From the NCBI RefSeq assembly GCF_032191835.1, contig NC_083237.1:1426001-1490000 (forward strand): a stretch of DNA of 64,000 nt, in the 5' to 3' direction. Positions 1 through 13,600 of this stretch are shown here, in pieces. This stretch comes from Heteronotia binoei (lineage: Eukaryota). Position 1 is the stretch's first letter. The number at the start of each line of letters is the position of its first letter. A program made the translations under genes and the position numbers. A model generated the notes under the pieces. It did not search any database, was not told the DNA's origin, and saw only the letters and a list, made by a program, of their open reading frames with translations.

Positions 1-1140
1 GGTGACGAAGTACTTCCTTTTATCCATTCTAACCTGACTGCTCAGCAATTTCATTGAGTGCCCACTAGATCTTGTAATGTCAGAAAGGGAGAAAAGTACT
101 TCTTTCTCTACCTTCTCTATCCCATGCATAATCTTGTAAACCTCTATCATGTCCCCTCCTCAGTTGTCATTTCTGCAAACTAAAGAACCCCAAGTGCTTT
201 AACCTTTCTTCATAGGGAAAGCGCTCCAGCCCTTTAATCATTCTAGTTGCCCTTTTCTGGACTTTCTCCAATGCTATAATATCCTTTTTGAGGTGTGGTG
301 ACCAGAACTTTACACAGTATTCCAAATGAAGCTGCACCATCGATTTATACAGGGGCATTATGATACTGGCTGATTTGTTTTCAATTCCCTTCCTAATAAT
401 CTCCAGCATAGTGTCGGCCTTTTTTTCAACTGCAATCGCACACTCTCAACATTTTCAGTGAGTTATCTACCATGACTCCAAGATCTCTCTCTTGGTCAGT
501 CTCTGACAGTTCGGACCCCATCAACATGTATTTATAGTTAGGATTTTTGGCCCTAATATGCATTACTTTGCACTTGTCCACATTGAACCTCATCTGCCAC
601 GTTGACGCCCACTCACCCAGCCTCGACAGATCCCTTTGGAGTGCCTCACAACCTTCTCTGGTTATCACTACCCTGAACAATTTAGTATCTGCAAACTTAG
701 CAATTTCACTGCTTACTCCCAACTCCAAATCATCAATGAACAAGTTAAAAAAGCAATGGACCCAGTACTGAGCTCTGCGGTACTCCCACTGTTTACCACC
801 TTCCACTGTGAAAACTGCCCATTTATACTCACTCTGTTTCCTATTAATTAAGCCAGTTTTTGATCCACAAGTGGACTTGTCCTTTTACCCCTTGAATACT
901 GAACTTACTTAAGAGCTTTTGATGAGGATCTTTACCAAAACGATTTCTGGAAATCAAGGTAAACAACATCTATTGGGTCCTCTTCGTCCACATGTTTGTT
1001 CACCCCCCTCAAAGAACACTAACAGGTTAGTGAGACAAGATTTTCCCTTACAGAACGCATGCTGAGCCTTCCTCAATAGCTTTTGTTCATCAATATGCCT
1101 ACGAATTCTCTAATAACGGTTTCCACCAACTTACCCAGTA
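1..1140 (-). mobile_element. CR1-type LINE, degenerate ORF2 RT C-terminal fragment
   Basis: ORFs 167-409 and 426-806 contain YKSMVQLHLEYCVKFWSP...LEKVQKRATRMIKGL and KFADTKL...WQMRFNVDKCKVMH, with frameshifts. Confidence 0.9.
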
Positions 1141-1634
1141 CCCTCTCAAACCGCACACAGTATCAGCTGTGGGTTTAGTAAAAACTAAATGATACAGTAG
1201 ATGCCCACTGAAGTCCAGAAGTAGACTTTAATAAAAGTTGAACCAAACTATAACTAAACAATTTCCTTTCACCAAGCATACATTTTGAATGTGAACATTT
1301 GCCAACACGAACTGTTAGATTACTGCAAAACCACTTCCAGAAAAACGCCCCTATTGCGATGCTGTTTTGTCTGGATTTTCTTTTGCATCAAGGCTGAAGC
1401 AAGAATCCCTGTCATGTTTATGGCTGTGTTTGCAAATTCCCTGTTTAATAAATAAAGGGGAGAGACACGTTCTGCCGCTACATTTAGAACAAGACAGGTA
1501 AACTCAAGTAAGCGCAAGTAAATCTGCATTGGCATCTTCTCCAATAGGCCGATTGTCCACTTTGGCTTGCCCTTCTCAGTGACTGCAAGGGAGAAATAAT
1601 CCATCCTTTCAAAAGGCCATCTCCCTTCAAACTG

Positions 1635-4600
1635 TTACTCTTCGAACAAGGCCAAGGAGAAGTCTTCAGGAGAGTAATTTTTCTCCTCAGCAAAGACAGT
1701 CATTTCCTGGCTACCAAAATGTCCCTCTTCCTTGTCTCCAAAGGCCTTCAACTCCTCCAGCTCCTCATGGCTCACACGGACCTTATTCAATGCCAGATTA
1801 TTTTCTGCCGCCTGAGAGGTTTCGGCCTTGTTCAAACTACCCTTCTCACTGGGATGACCAGATGGCAATAAATTAGCCTTGCTGCTGTCAGTGCAGGAAC
1901 TGGGATGTTTGGTTTCAGCATCCTTACACCTTGGCACAACAAATGACATCTCAGGACCTTGAGAGGAACACAAAAACCAATGATGACTTTCCTCCCTGGA
2001 CCACACAATCATCCTGTGTGTCACAGCAATATCCTCTCCTGTTGCATAATCCCAGTCCCTTCCAGGCTCTGCTCTTGGCAGTGCTAAATGAACTTCAAAT
2101 AATCACGTGAAGTATAAAAATGAGATTGAAGTTCCATTCACAGTTGTGTCTCTTTGCCTTTGTGCACTGACTGAGCAGGCCCTGGAGTCTTGGTTGCACT
2201 GACTGCAACAGACTAACACAGCTGCCCTGCTGGAAACAGTGTCTCTGACACCAAACAGAACAAGCCTCTCATCTACACCAGTAAAGGAAGAGAGACTAAA
2301 TTTGGTTCCTACCTTTCAGATCTTCCTGCTCCTTCTTTCCTTTGGACTCAGCTACAGCTTTGAGGGGCACTGCCTTTCTTCGACTCCTCTTTGATAAAGG
2401 GGAACTGCTTTCAGCTTCCAGTGTGCTTTTTTTGCCTCCTGCATGAGCAAGTTGGAGGCACTGGTTTTATTTCCATACAAGCCTAGCGCTCAAAATTGTG
2501 GAGCAAATGGGAAACTGAAGGCTAGAATGGGCTGGGCTGGAAATTACTTCGTGGCGAGCGTAGCTTCCTGAGCCAAAACACTCACTTTTGACACAGGTTT
2601 TCTTCGTAAGCTTTCCATCAGGTCTCACCACTGGAGTCCCAAGGAGAAGCTAGAATACAGAAGCTGTTAGTTAATCAGACAGCACAAATAGCCACACTGA
2701 TAAAGTCCACAGAAACACTTTCCTAATAACCACCTGAGGGCCTTTTGCAATGGTCAAATGCAAAAGGGAATCAGTCACCCCAAGAAACTCCTCTCACAAA
2801 CATATGAAGCACCGTTATGTGAAGTACATCAAGTTCAGAATTGCCTACTCTAACTGGCAATGGCTCTTCAGGAGTCTCAGGCAGAAGTCTTACACATCAC
2901 CTGCTACCTGAGCCTTTAAAAATAAAGATAAAAACTGGACTAAAGCTGGAAACAACACGGGTTGAATCTTGGAGCTTCTGTGTGCAAAGCAGATGCTCTG
3001 CCACTGAACTATGGCCCTTCCCCAAATCCGCAAACCTGGTCTTGGCTCTTAGTCGATGTCACAGTGCTTGCATTCCTGCCAACTGGATCCTGGATCTTCT
3101 TGGCACGAGGATGACAGGTGAGGTTGTCAAGATCTTCAATGCAAAAAAGAACAGGGAGTCTATAAGAGACATCCTGGCTGTCTCCTGACTTCTCTGATAA
3201 CATTAAGGCTTTCAGTTGCTCATACCACTCCAAGCGACGAAGCCAAAATACCTTTATGGTCTTTCTCTCCGAATCGGCTGCAGAATCCAAACATTCTTAT
3301 TCTTTCCTGGTGCAGTAAAGGGGAAGAGCAAGATAGGTAGTGATATACTGCTGCAGAAAAAAAGAAGGAACAACCTGGACTTGTTGCAGTCCAAAATAAG
3401 AAGTGTCTAGATTCAGACGCGTCATCCAGCTACAGCTGCCGCGCACTGCCTCAGATCAGGGACATTTATGAACAGAAATGCAGAGCTGGGTGTTATCAGT
3501 ATAACGTGATGCCGCTGCACTCCAAAACCACACGTAGCTTTGTCTCCCCCAGTGACTTCATGCCAACTTTAAATAGGATCAGTTCTCACGCTGAGCCCTG
3601 TAGATCTCTGCAGTCCAGCTTCCTAAAGGCTGAGCTGGCATCTCCTCTTTGCCCATGTGGACAAAAGGGAATGAAACTGATGGAGAGCTAGATCTGAATG
3701 GAGTACTGTTAGAGTCCTTCACAAGTGAGTTTCCTCATCATGCAACAGGAGGTTGCTCACCATCCCCCCTGTTTTTTAAAATATCAGAAGTAAGTATTAG
3801 ATCCAAATAGGCAGCGGTGTTGGTGTGAAGTAGTAGAGCAAAATAGGAGTCAATTGCACCTTTAAGACGAAATTAGTCACAGGGATTCCAAAAGTTACAA
3901 ACCAGACAAAGGTGCAGTCTGGGAATGAGCATCCTCCCCTTATTTAAATCGAGTTTGCACAGCACCCCACCCCCCCCCAAAAAAAGCCTCACAGAAACAG
4001 AAAATTCTTCTTTGCATAACAAGTGCATAAAATGTGGGATTTGCTGGCAGGAGATGTAGTGATGGCAACAGGAACAGACAGCTTTATAAGACGATTAGAC
4101 AGATTCATGGAGGACAGGTCTATCAGAGGCTACCAGCCATGGTGACTAAAGGGAAGCTCCGCATCCAGAGACAGTAAAACTTGGTTCTCCAGTGCCAGAA
4201 GGCAACATAAGGAAAGACCTCTCTGCCCTGTTGCTGGACCTCGAGAGGAACTGGTTGGCTGCTGTGTGAGATATGATGCTGGACTAGATGGACCCTCACT
4301 GGTCTGATCCATCTTATCTTACGTTTGAATGAAGCAGCTCTGGACAGCATTTTGCCAGCAGTTTTCACTGGGAGGATCCCTCCAGCTGTTCTAAAAGTAT
4401 CCCAATTGCAGAACTCAAAAAAGAGTCCAAAGGGTAACATTTACAAATGTGAAGGCTGCCCCCTGTCCTACCGGAATGCTTATTTGCCTTGCTTCTTTTG
4501 CCATCTTCTGGGCCCTTTCCAGATTCTTCTTGTCACTTTTGATCTTGGGTTTGGCCTGAAAGACAAAGTGTGAGACACACTGAAAGGACGCTTAGATTTA

Positions 4601-7600
4601 GCAACTGGGGCTGAAATGCTATTCCTCTCAGTCCTCCCAACCCCCAAACAAAAATCACGGACTTTTTTGGGGAGGGGGGGAAGGAGGAAGGCTTTTCACA
4701 GGCATGTGTATACTGAAAACAGGCATAGGTTTAACCATCTTGACCTCCCCAGGGAAGCTCCAGGAACTCTAGTTCTGGGAAGCACACAGGGTTTCTCTGC
4801 ACATCCAGAAGCAAGCTAGATGCAAGGTATGCTTTAAACCCAGTTCTGCCACAATCCCATAGACAGAAGGGCAGTAACATGCGTATGTGACTGTTTTTAA
4901 CTGCAAAGGGTACCTGGCCTCAACCACGCACTGCTTATCTCCTTGCAGCCCCTCCCCAGAAAGCTTCTTTTCTATTCATTGTGCTCTGATATCAGAATAA
5001 GCTGGGAGACAACTGCATGGGGGGAGGTGACGGGGCAGGTGTTAGAAGGGGTTTGCACTCTTCCTCTGTGTGCCCCTTTGGGGCGGGGAGGGACCCTTTC
5101 CCATGTGACATGGGGAAATCAGAATTTAAACACACATCTGACACCACCACATCCCGTCTGGTCCTCAGAACTGGATTCCTCACAGTACCACTTGAGGAGC
5201 AGTAGGGCTGAACGGCTTTAAATGTAACTGCATCATGAAAAGGATACCAATCTCCAGGGGGGACCTGGGGAACCCCCAGTTTTACAACTTATCTCTGGAC
5301 AACAGAGATCAGCTCCCCTGGGGAAAATGGCTGCTTTGGAGGGTGAACTCTGTGGCACTATACCCCATTGAGTTTGTCCTCCTGGATCTGGCAACCCTAC
5401 CCCCCCCCCATCCCCTGCTGATGGCCACCCTAATCATGTAGCCATAATGTAATGTCAGCAGTCTTTCCTAATTGCAAAATACAACACTGGTGGAACAACA
5501 GATGAGAAAAGGAGGAGGAGCTCAGTGCCCTGAATGAAGTTCATAGAGGGTTGGCATGGATGAGGTGGGGGTGGGGGAAGGGAACTGAACAAAACAGAGT
5601 CCTCCAATCACTAGAACCCCTCTGCTCTCAAGACACCCCCCCTCCCTTCCCAGCTCTGCCAGGAGGTCATGACTTAGCTACCCCCACCTATTTTTTGTAG
5701 CCTTCTGCTGCTTTGTGTTTGCTGTCAAAAGGTATCACCTGTCAGTTGGGCTTCTTTCAGTACCCACAACCTCCTGTTGCCTGGCTACTGATCTAAGTCA
5801 TCTTCCGTTGCAATTAGCAGCCACAAACAAAAGCCCCTTTACCAGACGATTGTCCTCTGCATTTGGTTCACCAAAGTTCCTCAGCATAGAAGCAGGGATC
5901 CAAGCCCGGGATACAGAGTCACCAAAAAAGGTCACGTGGTATTTGGACTGCAATGGGGAATAAAACACACCACATTTGGCTGATGGGAGTGACCTTAATC
6001 CAGTATGCAGCAGCTTGGATTCTTTTCCCGCGCCCAACGCCATTACGTGTGGCGACCCTTTGCCAGAGCCGAGATATGACTACTCTCAGATGGAGGCAGC
6101 TGTTGATACACATCCTCCACTGACCAAAACAAATGTTCACAATGCTTACAGGAAGGGAATCTGTACGAGAGGAAAACAGGAAGTATTCTCCAATGTCAGG
6201 ATCAGCTTCTATCATCCCAGGCCACCTATAACCACAGACAAGAAAGAGCAGAAGGCCCCGTTATGATTGCACCAGGTCAGTCCTGGTGTCTGGTAAGGGC
6301 TTTCCCCCTGAGACTTTGGGCATCATTTTAAAGAAGAAGTCTATTTGGCAAAGGAAAATTCTTCCAGATGGCATTCATCAAGGAATAAAGGTTTGGATGA
6401 TTAATTGCTTGGAACGCTTTCCCTATGAAGAAATGTTAAAACACTTGGGGCTCTTTAGCTTGGAGAAACGTCGACTGCAGGGTGACATGATAGAGGTTTA
6501 CAAGATTATGCAAGGGATGGAGAAAGTAGAGAAAGAAGTCCTTTTCTCCCTTTCTCACAATACAAGAACTCGTGGGCATTCCATGAAATTGCTGAGCAGT
6601 CAGGTTAAAACAGATAAAAGGAAGTACTTCTTCACCCAAAGGGTGATTAACATGTGGAATTCACTGCCACAGGAGGTGGTGGTGGCTACAAGCACAGCCA
6701 GCTTCAAGAGGGGATTGGATAAAAATATGGAGCTGAGGTCCATCAGTGGCTATGAGCCACAGTATATTACTGGAACTGTCTGGGGCAGTGATGCTCTGTA
6801 TTCTTGGTGCTTTGGGGGGGAGGGCAAAGTGGAAGGGCTTCTAGACCCACTTGTGAACCTCCTGATGGCACTTGGGTTTTTTTGGGGGGGGGCCATTGCG
6901 CGACACAGAGTGTTGGACTGGATGGGCCATGGGCCTGATCCAAAATGGCTTCTCTTATGTTCTTAATATTCAAAAACTTCAAATGTAAAACTTTGCCCTT
7001 TTAGCTTATGAGAAAAAGGATTGCAGATTTATACCCCGCCCTTCTCTCTGAATCAGAGACTCAGAGCAGCTTACAATCTCCTTTAACTCCTTCCCCCACA
7101 ACAGACACCCTGTGAGGTGGGTGGGGCTGAGAGGGCTCTCACAGCAGCTGCCCTTTCAAGGACAACCTCTGCAATAGCCATGGCTAACCCAAGGCCATTC
7201 CAGCAGCTGCAAGTGGAGGAGTGGGGAATCAAACCTGGTTCTGCCAGATAAAAGTCCATGCACTTAACCACTACACCAAGCTGGCTCTCCTTTTTAGCTT
7301 ATGAGCATAACCTATTCATAAAACTGCCTTCTTCACTGAGGGATTGAGAAGGTTAAGCCACATATGATATCAGGAATCCATGATCAGATTTTCTGTCGTA
7401 ACACTGAGCTGCAGAAAGCAGGTATGAAGTGGTGGAACAGGGAGATAAATATGGCTCAGGTCCCAAAAAATAGGAAAAGTTTTGTTGCTGTTGTTTAATT
7501 CCTTGTGTTATTTCCCTGATCAAAACTGTCACATGAATACATGAAGCTGCCTTATACTGAACCAGACCTACTCAGAACTCTCCAAGTTCTCAGGTACAGG

Positions 7601-10600
7601 TCTTTCATATCACCTAATGTTTTGTCTTCTTTAATTGAAGATGCCAGGGGTTGCACCTGGGACCGTTGCATGCCAAGCAGATGCTCTACTACTGAGCCGT
7701 GGCCCCTCCCTGAAGGCACAAGCCGGTGCATTCAAAGCAAGAGACCTAGAATAATGCACACCAACAGATGACGCTGCCTTATACTGAATCAGACTAGCAG
7801 CAGCTCTCCAGAGAGAAAGGCTTTTCACTTCACCTACTGCCTGATCCTTTCACTTGGAGATGCCAGGAATTGGGCCTGGGATCTTCCACATGCTGAGCTA
7901 CCATTAAAATTCCTGATCTACCACTAACAGTGCAATCCTAAAGAGAGTTACACCAGTCTGAGCCTATTCATTTTAATGGGCTTAGACTGGAGTAAGTCTC
8001 TTTAGGATTGTACTGTAAGCCACAGCCCATCCCTTTTTGATCCTTTTAAGAAACAAAAAAGCTGCACAATATGGATTTTCTTTTTCCCCACTAAAGCTTA
8101 AAGCAGATGGGGGGAGGGGAGGAGGAATTTCTAACAGTAGAAATGGCACTGGGAAGTTGAGTGCCATGGCCCCAGGTACTAAGTTTAAATCCCTGTGATG
8201 GGATCATACTCCCCCTTTCCCCTGCCCTGAACCCTTCTTTGTATCTAACTTTAGATTCTACCTTTTACCCTGCATTCTGTTTCTGCCAACCACACTGAAG
8301 GTGCCAAACAAACAAACATCATTGCCTTACTTCAAATAACTCTTTCAAGAATATAAGACGTATGGTAGGCATCAAAGAAGCATATAGCTTATTCAAAGGA
8401 CTGGGAGTTTCCCTTTCTGTGGACCAGAGGCCCCATTCTTGGCCAGTTTTCCATCGAAAGCCTGCAGCTGCTGCACTGGCAAAGGTGCTAATAAGCTTGG
8501 CTATTCTGGCTAAGTTTCTCAGGGAGGGTAAGCGGTGGAACAGACTGCGGGGAGCCATTGGACTGGGAGTTGTAGATACTGGGAGCTTTGAAAATAAAAT
8601 CACTATGGGGGATCTCAGTTAAGCATTTACACATGTGGGTGGACAGTTTTGTGCTCTCAGCTGAAACAGAAAACCTGTCAGTTTAGCAGAAAGCCATGTT
8701 CTTCTAACACTATTAGAGCAGAATCCTTGGCAGAGCACCCTTCTGAACTCAATGTACTTACAGGAGTGTAACTCTCCTTAGGATTGCATGGTATCTGCAG
8801 TTCCTTGCCCCCCTGCCATTGTGGCCCCCACCTTATGGAATGGCCTGCCTGAGGAAGTCAGAAAGATTCCCACTTGAAGGGCTTTCTGCCAGCTATGCTG
8901 AACTGAATTATTCAAGAGGGCTTTTCTGCACAGGCAACAGAGTTGCACTGAACTAAATGATTCACAAAGTTACTTGGATAAATCATTAGCAACTGTGGTC
9001 TAGACTATTGTGTTTAGCTTGCCGAAACGAGGAGCCTGCTATGTAATTTTTGCATCACTTAACGTGTCATATTAATACTTATGTTCCATTTTTAGATTTC
9101 TGATTGGTTCTACAATCCCCTTGTACTGTTCATTGAATGTCGATCATATTGACTCACTCTGTATAAGCCACCTTGAGTCCAAGTGAGAAAGGCAGACTAT
9201 AAAGAACATAAATAAAAATAAACAAAATACTCCTGCAATCTGACACCAGGTCCTTTTGACACGCCTTTCTCCTTTGGCACTTGAATGTCTCTCATTCATT
9301 TCAGTGGGGCTAAGTGTCCTTAGGATCCCAGACCAAATTCAGGGAAATTGCATACTATTTTAAAATGAATACATTTAGCTGGGGATGGGGTGCCTACCAT
9401 GGGTATCCATACTGTTTGGCCCACACAATTGACCCGGGGATATAAACTGCATAGACCACTTCACTTTCAGACCCTGACCATGTTTCCTCAGGGATGCTGC
9501 AGCTGTTGTACCGAAGATCTGCAACAGAGAAGTGACAAGGTGACTGGATTTCACAAGCTGTTTCTGTGCTTGCAAGAGGCTGTGGGCACCTAGGAAGTAG
9601 TCTGTGTCCTTATTTTGAAGGAGTGGCAGAGAAAAGGACTAAAAGAAAATAGGTCACAATTCTGGAGACATTTAGAACCACAGAATCATAGAGCTGGAAG
9701 GGACCTTCAGGGTCATCTAGTCCAACTCCCTGCACAATACAGAAACTTCACAAATAGCTCTCCCCACAAACACACCCTTCCTGACCTTCTTCTCATGATC
9801 TGCCTAATTCACAGAATCAGATGGCCATCGAGACTCTTCTTAAAAACTTCCAAGGAAGGAGAGTCCACCACCTCCTGAGGAAGCCTGTTCCACTGAGGAA
9901 CTGCTCTAGCTGTCAGGAAGGTCTTCCTAATGTTTAGCCGGTAACTCTTCTGATTTAATTTCAACCCGCTGGTTCTGGTCTGATCTGGGGCAACTGAAAA
10001 CAATTCCTCTTACTTTTATCATTCGCAAGTGCCAACATGGTGCCAGTGGTCACTACGGTGCCCACCAGCCCCTTTCCTGGAGCCCACCAAGTGTTTCCAG
10101 ATAGTGGGGAGGGTCAGGTGAGACTAGAGCCCAGCAGGCCTTCTGATGGGCCATGCAGATTAAAAGGCATCCTTTATCAAACCGGGCTTCTAACGCTGAA
10201 GAGTTACTATAAACAAAGTTATGCCGAACCTCACTGCCTGACATTCAGCGCTTGGCTCCACCTCCTGCGGCAGCCATTTCATTGCTGTATCCACCACCTT
10301 GTGTCAGAATCCCAGAGGTGCCCACAGGCTCAAAAAGGCTGGGGATCCCTGGTGCGGGCTATGCAAATTCACACTGACGCTTAAACTGGCTTTCCTTTTA
10401 TCAGTCACATCCTTTACACCCAGGCAGATAGCGGTTCCTTGGGGCATGCAACAGGCAGAAGTAACACCAGCACACCTCTCTTGTTGGGCCGAGGGAAGCA
10501 GGAGCTGCCAAGCGCCTCACCACTCCCCCGGCAAAAGACCGGGCCTTCTGCCTTACCTGGGTTCTCGCTGCAGGACCAATTCTCAGGCAGAGCTGATGGG

Positions 10601-13600
10601 TCTATGTCACTGCTGAGGCACCTCCACTTCCCACAGGCTGGATGGGAGCACTGGACCCAGGCCACACACCAACCTGAGCGGAGAACAGGAAAGAGCACCA
10701 TGAACTTCACGGAATGTGCTTGGTGTGGTGTGAAGAGGCATCACGTGAAGCGGCCTTACACCGAATCAAACCCTTGGTACTTGGTGCTGAGCTGTTTTCT
10801 GTGGCCCCAGGTCAGACCAGAACCAGCAGGTTGAAATTAAATCGGAAGAGATTTTGACAAAACGTTAAGAAGAACTTCCTAAGTTAGAGCGATTCCACAG
10901 TGGAAAAGGCTTCCTCGGGAGGTGGTGGGCTCTCCTTCTTTGGAGGTTTTTAAACAGAGGCTAGATGGCCATCTGACAGCAATGAAGATCCTGTGAATTT
11001 AGGGGGAGGTGTTTGTGAGTTTCCTGCCTTGTGCAGGGGGCTGGACTAGATGACCCTGGAGGTCCCTTCCAACTCTAGGATTCTTCGGGAGGTGGTGGGC
11101 TCTCCTTCTTTGGAGGTTTTTAAACAGAGGCTCGATGGCCATCTGACAGCAATGCCGATCCTGTGAATTTAGGGGGGAGGTGTATGTGAATTTCATGCAT
11201 TGTGCAGGGGGTTGGACTGGCGGTCCCCTCCAACTCTGATTCTATAATTCTACTTTGAAGTATGCACTGTCTACTCAGATTGGCAATGGCTCTCCAGGGT
11301 CTCAGACGGAGGTCTTTCACAAGACTTCCTACCTGTTCCTTCTAGCTAAGATGCCGTGTGTTGAACCTGGGACATTCTGCATGCCAAGCAGATGTTCTGC
11401 CACTGAGTCCCAGCCCTTTCCATCATTCGTTGTCTGTGACTGGTGTGTGCAGTCTTCTGTCTTAGGAGATGGTCCATTCTACCCTTCTGAATCAAGATGT
11501 GCATTCATGTACCCCATCCCCTTCTGAAGAAGTATGCATGCATACGAAAGCGAACAAAACCTTGCTGGTCTTCAAGGTGCTCCTTGACTCCTACTTTGTT
11601 CTACTGCTTCAGACCAACACGGCTGCTGCCCACCTGGATTCATGTATTCATTTATTACACTCTCTGTATCCTCACCTTTCTCCAGAGTGAGCTAACAAAA
11701 TGCCAGCAGACAAGACAATAGAACGAACAAGATAACAACACGTAATAGAACGGCCTATTCAGACCTCCGACACAACTGCACAGAGCCACCTGGGCACCAA
11801 TACCCAGTAATCTTCCAGAGGGTAGCCCTGTTGGTCTGCAGGAGAACAGCAGAACACCTAGAATCGGTTTCAGTAGCATCTATGAGACGAGCAAGATTTT
11901 GGGGGTAGAAGCTTTCAAGAATAAAAGCACCCTTTGACAGACACGAGACATCCCGTATCTCACAAAGGAAGCTTTGACTCTTGGAAGCTTCCACCCCGAA
12001 AATCTTGTTGGGTCTCTAAAGTCCCACTGGATTTCAATCTAGTCAGTCCCTAGTAAAGGCCCCTCCGACTTCTCCAGTAAGCTGTTCCACAAAATGGACA
12101 CAGAAGGAACGAGCCAGTCTGTGAGAGGGCACAGTGAAGTGACCAGATGAGCCTAATGCATGCTTTGGTTCATAGATGGGCCTTATAAATAAGGGCCACT
12201 GCACAAAGATGTGGTACTTCTAACCTTCAGGTCTGAAAAGAGAAGGCTATCCTCCAAGGAGACTGCGCTGGGCGAGAAAGATTTTCAAAGTAAGGTGCCC
12301 CATACAGCTGTGGGTGCACCTATATGCCTCCTCAGCGTTGAAGAGATATGGATTTAAACCCCGCCCTTCACTGCCAAAAGGAGCCTCAGAGTGGCTTACA
12401 ATCTCCTTTCCCTTCCCCTCCCCACAACAGGCACCCTGTAAGGTAGGCACAGCTGAGAGAGCTCTGACAGAAACTGTTCTTGAGAGGAACAGCTCTGTGA
12501 GAGCTTGTGACTGACTCAAGGTCACATCAGCAGGTGCATGTGGAGGACCAGGGAATTGAATCCAGTTCTCCCAGATAAGATCCACACACTTAACCCCTAC
12601 ACCAAACTGGCTCTCTCAAGGGACTCAGGGATTTAGAAACATGGGATTCTCTGTTACTTAAGAGACATGACTGTTTTAAAATCTCTGCTCCTGAGCAGGC
12701 TGCCAGAGACCGACATTACTGGTGGTGGCAACACACTGTGGGCTAAAGCTGGGCCTTTAAGCAGCCTCAGGAGAAAGGGAAGGTTTTATATCATGCCTCT
12801 TATAATTAAGTAGGCCAAACAGCTTCCTTTCTCACTCTCTCTGGTAGTTAATTAAGACTATCTTAATCTCCACCAAGTGCCTAGGAACTATCTGCAAAGC
12901 TACAGCTGTTTGGCATTTTGGTGCTCCCAGACTCATCTAACAAACAAGGTCTTTGACCACCACCCATTTCGTCTGCCACCCCCCCTCCGAAACCCTTTGG
13001 CAGGGATGGGGAGGCTCACTACAACTTCCTTCATCGGCTGCCTCCTCCTCTTCCCCCTCCTTTTGCTTTTCCTCTTGGTGAACGATCTGGGTGTTGCCCT
13101 GAACTTTTTTCTTGGGCGCTCCTTTCCGGTTTTCTTTACGCCCCCCATTGTCTGCTTCTGGGTTCTCATCTGCCAGGAGACAAAGAAAAACAAGTCCTGT
13201 GTGTGTTATTGCCTCTTTAGAAAAACACCCGACGAGTGATGGGGTGGCGACACTGGAGCTGGTGGCTAGAAGAGGAAACCAGGAACTGTTTAGCAGTCAG
13301 CAGAAGCAACTTGTTTTCAAACTTTGGCAAGAATGTGGATGTCACTCTGCCCCACGTAGCTGCCCTCCCCCCACACTTCTCTCTTTTCCCCTTGCCCTCA
13401 TTCCTACTCATCTTGACACATTCTTTCCACAGCCCTTGGTGTTGAGCTCTTTCACAGCTCCCATTCTTTCCAAAGGAGAGTGTTATACAGGGAGTTCTTA
13501 CTTTTATCACCGTTGTCCTTCACAGAAAGCTTGCTGCGTCTCCTCTTCTCACGCTGAGATTCCTTCTGTTCCGCTTCTAGAAGCATCACATCTTCATCCC

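Noticed and set aside
1320-1604. 94-aa ORF just after the ZCWPW1 stop
   Set aside because: Lies in the presumed 3' UTR, has no recognisable homology, and its length is compatible with chance.
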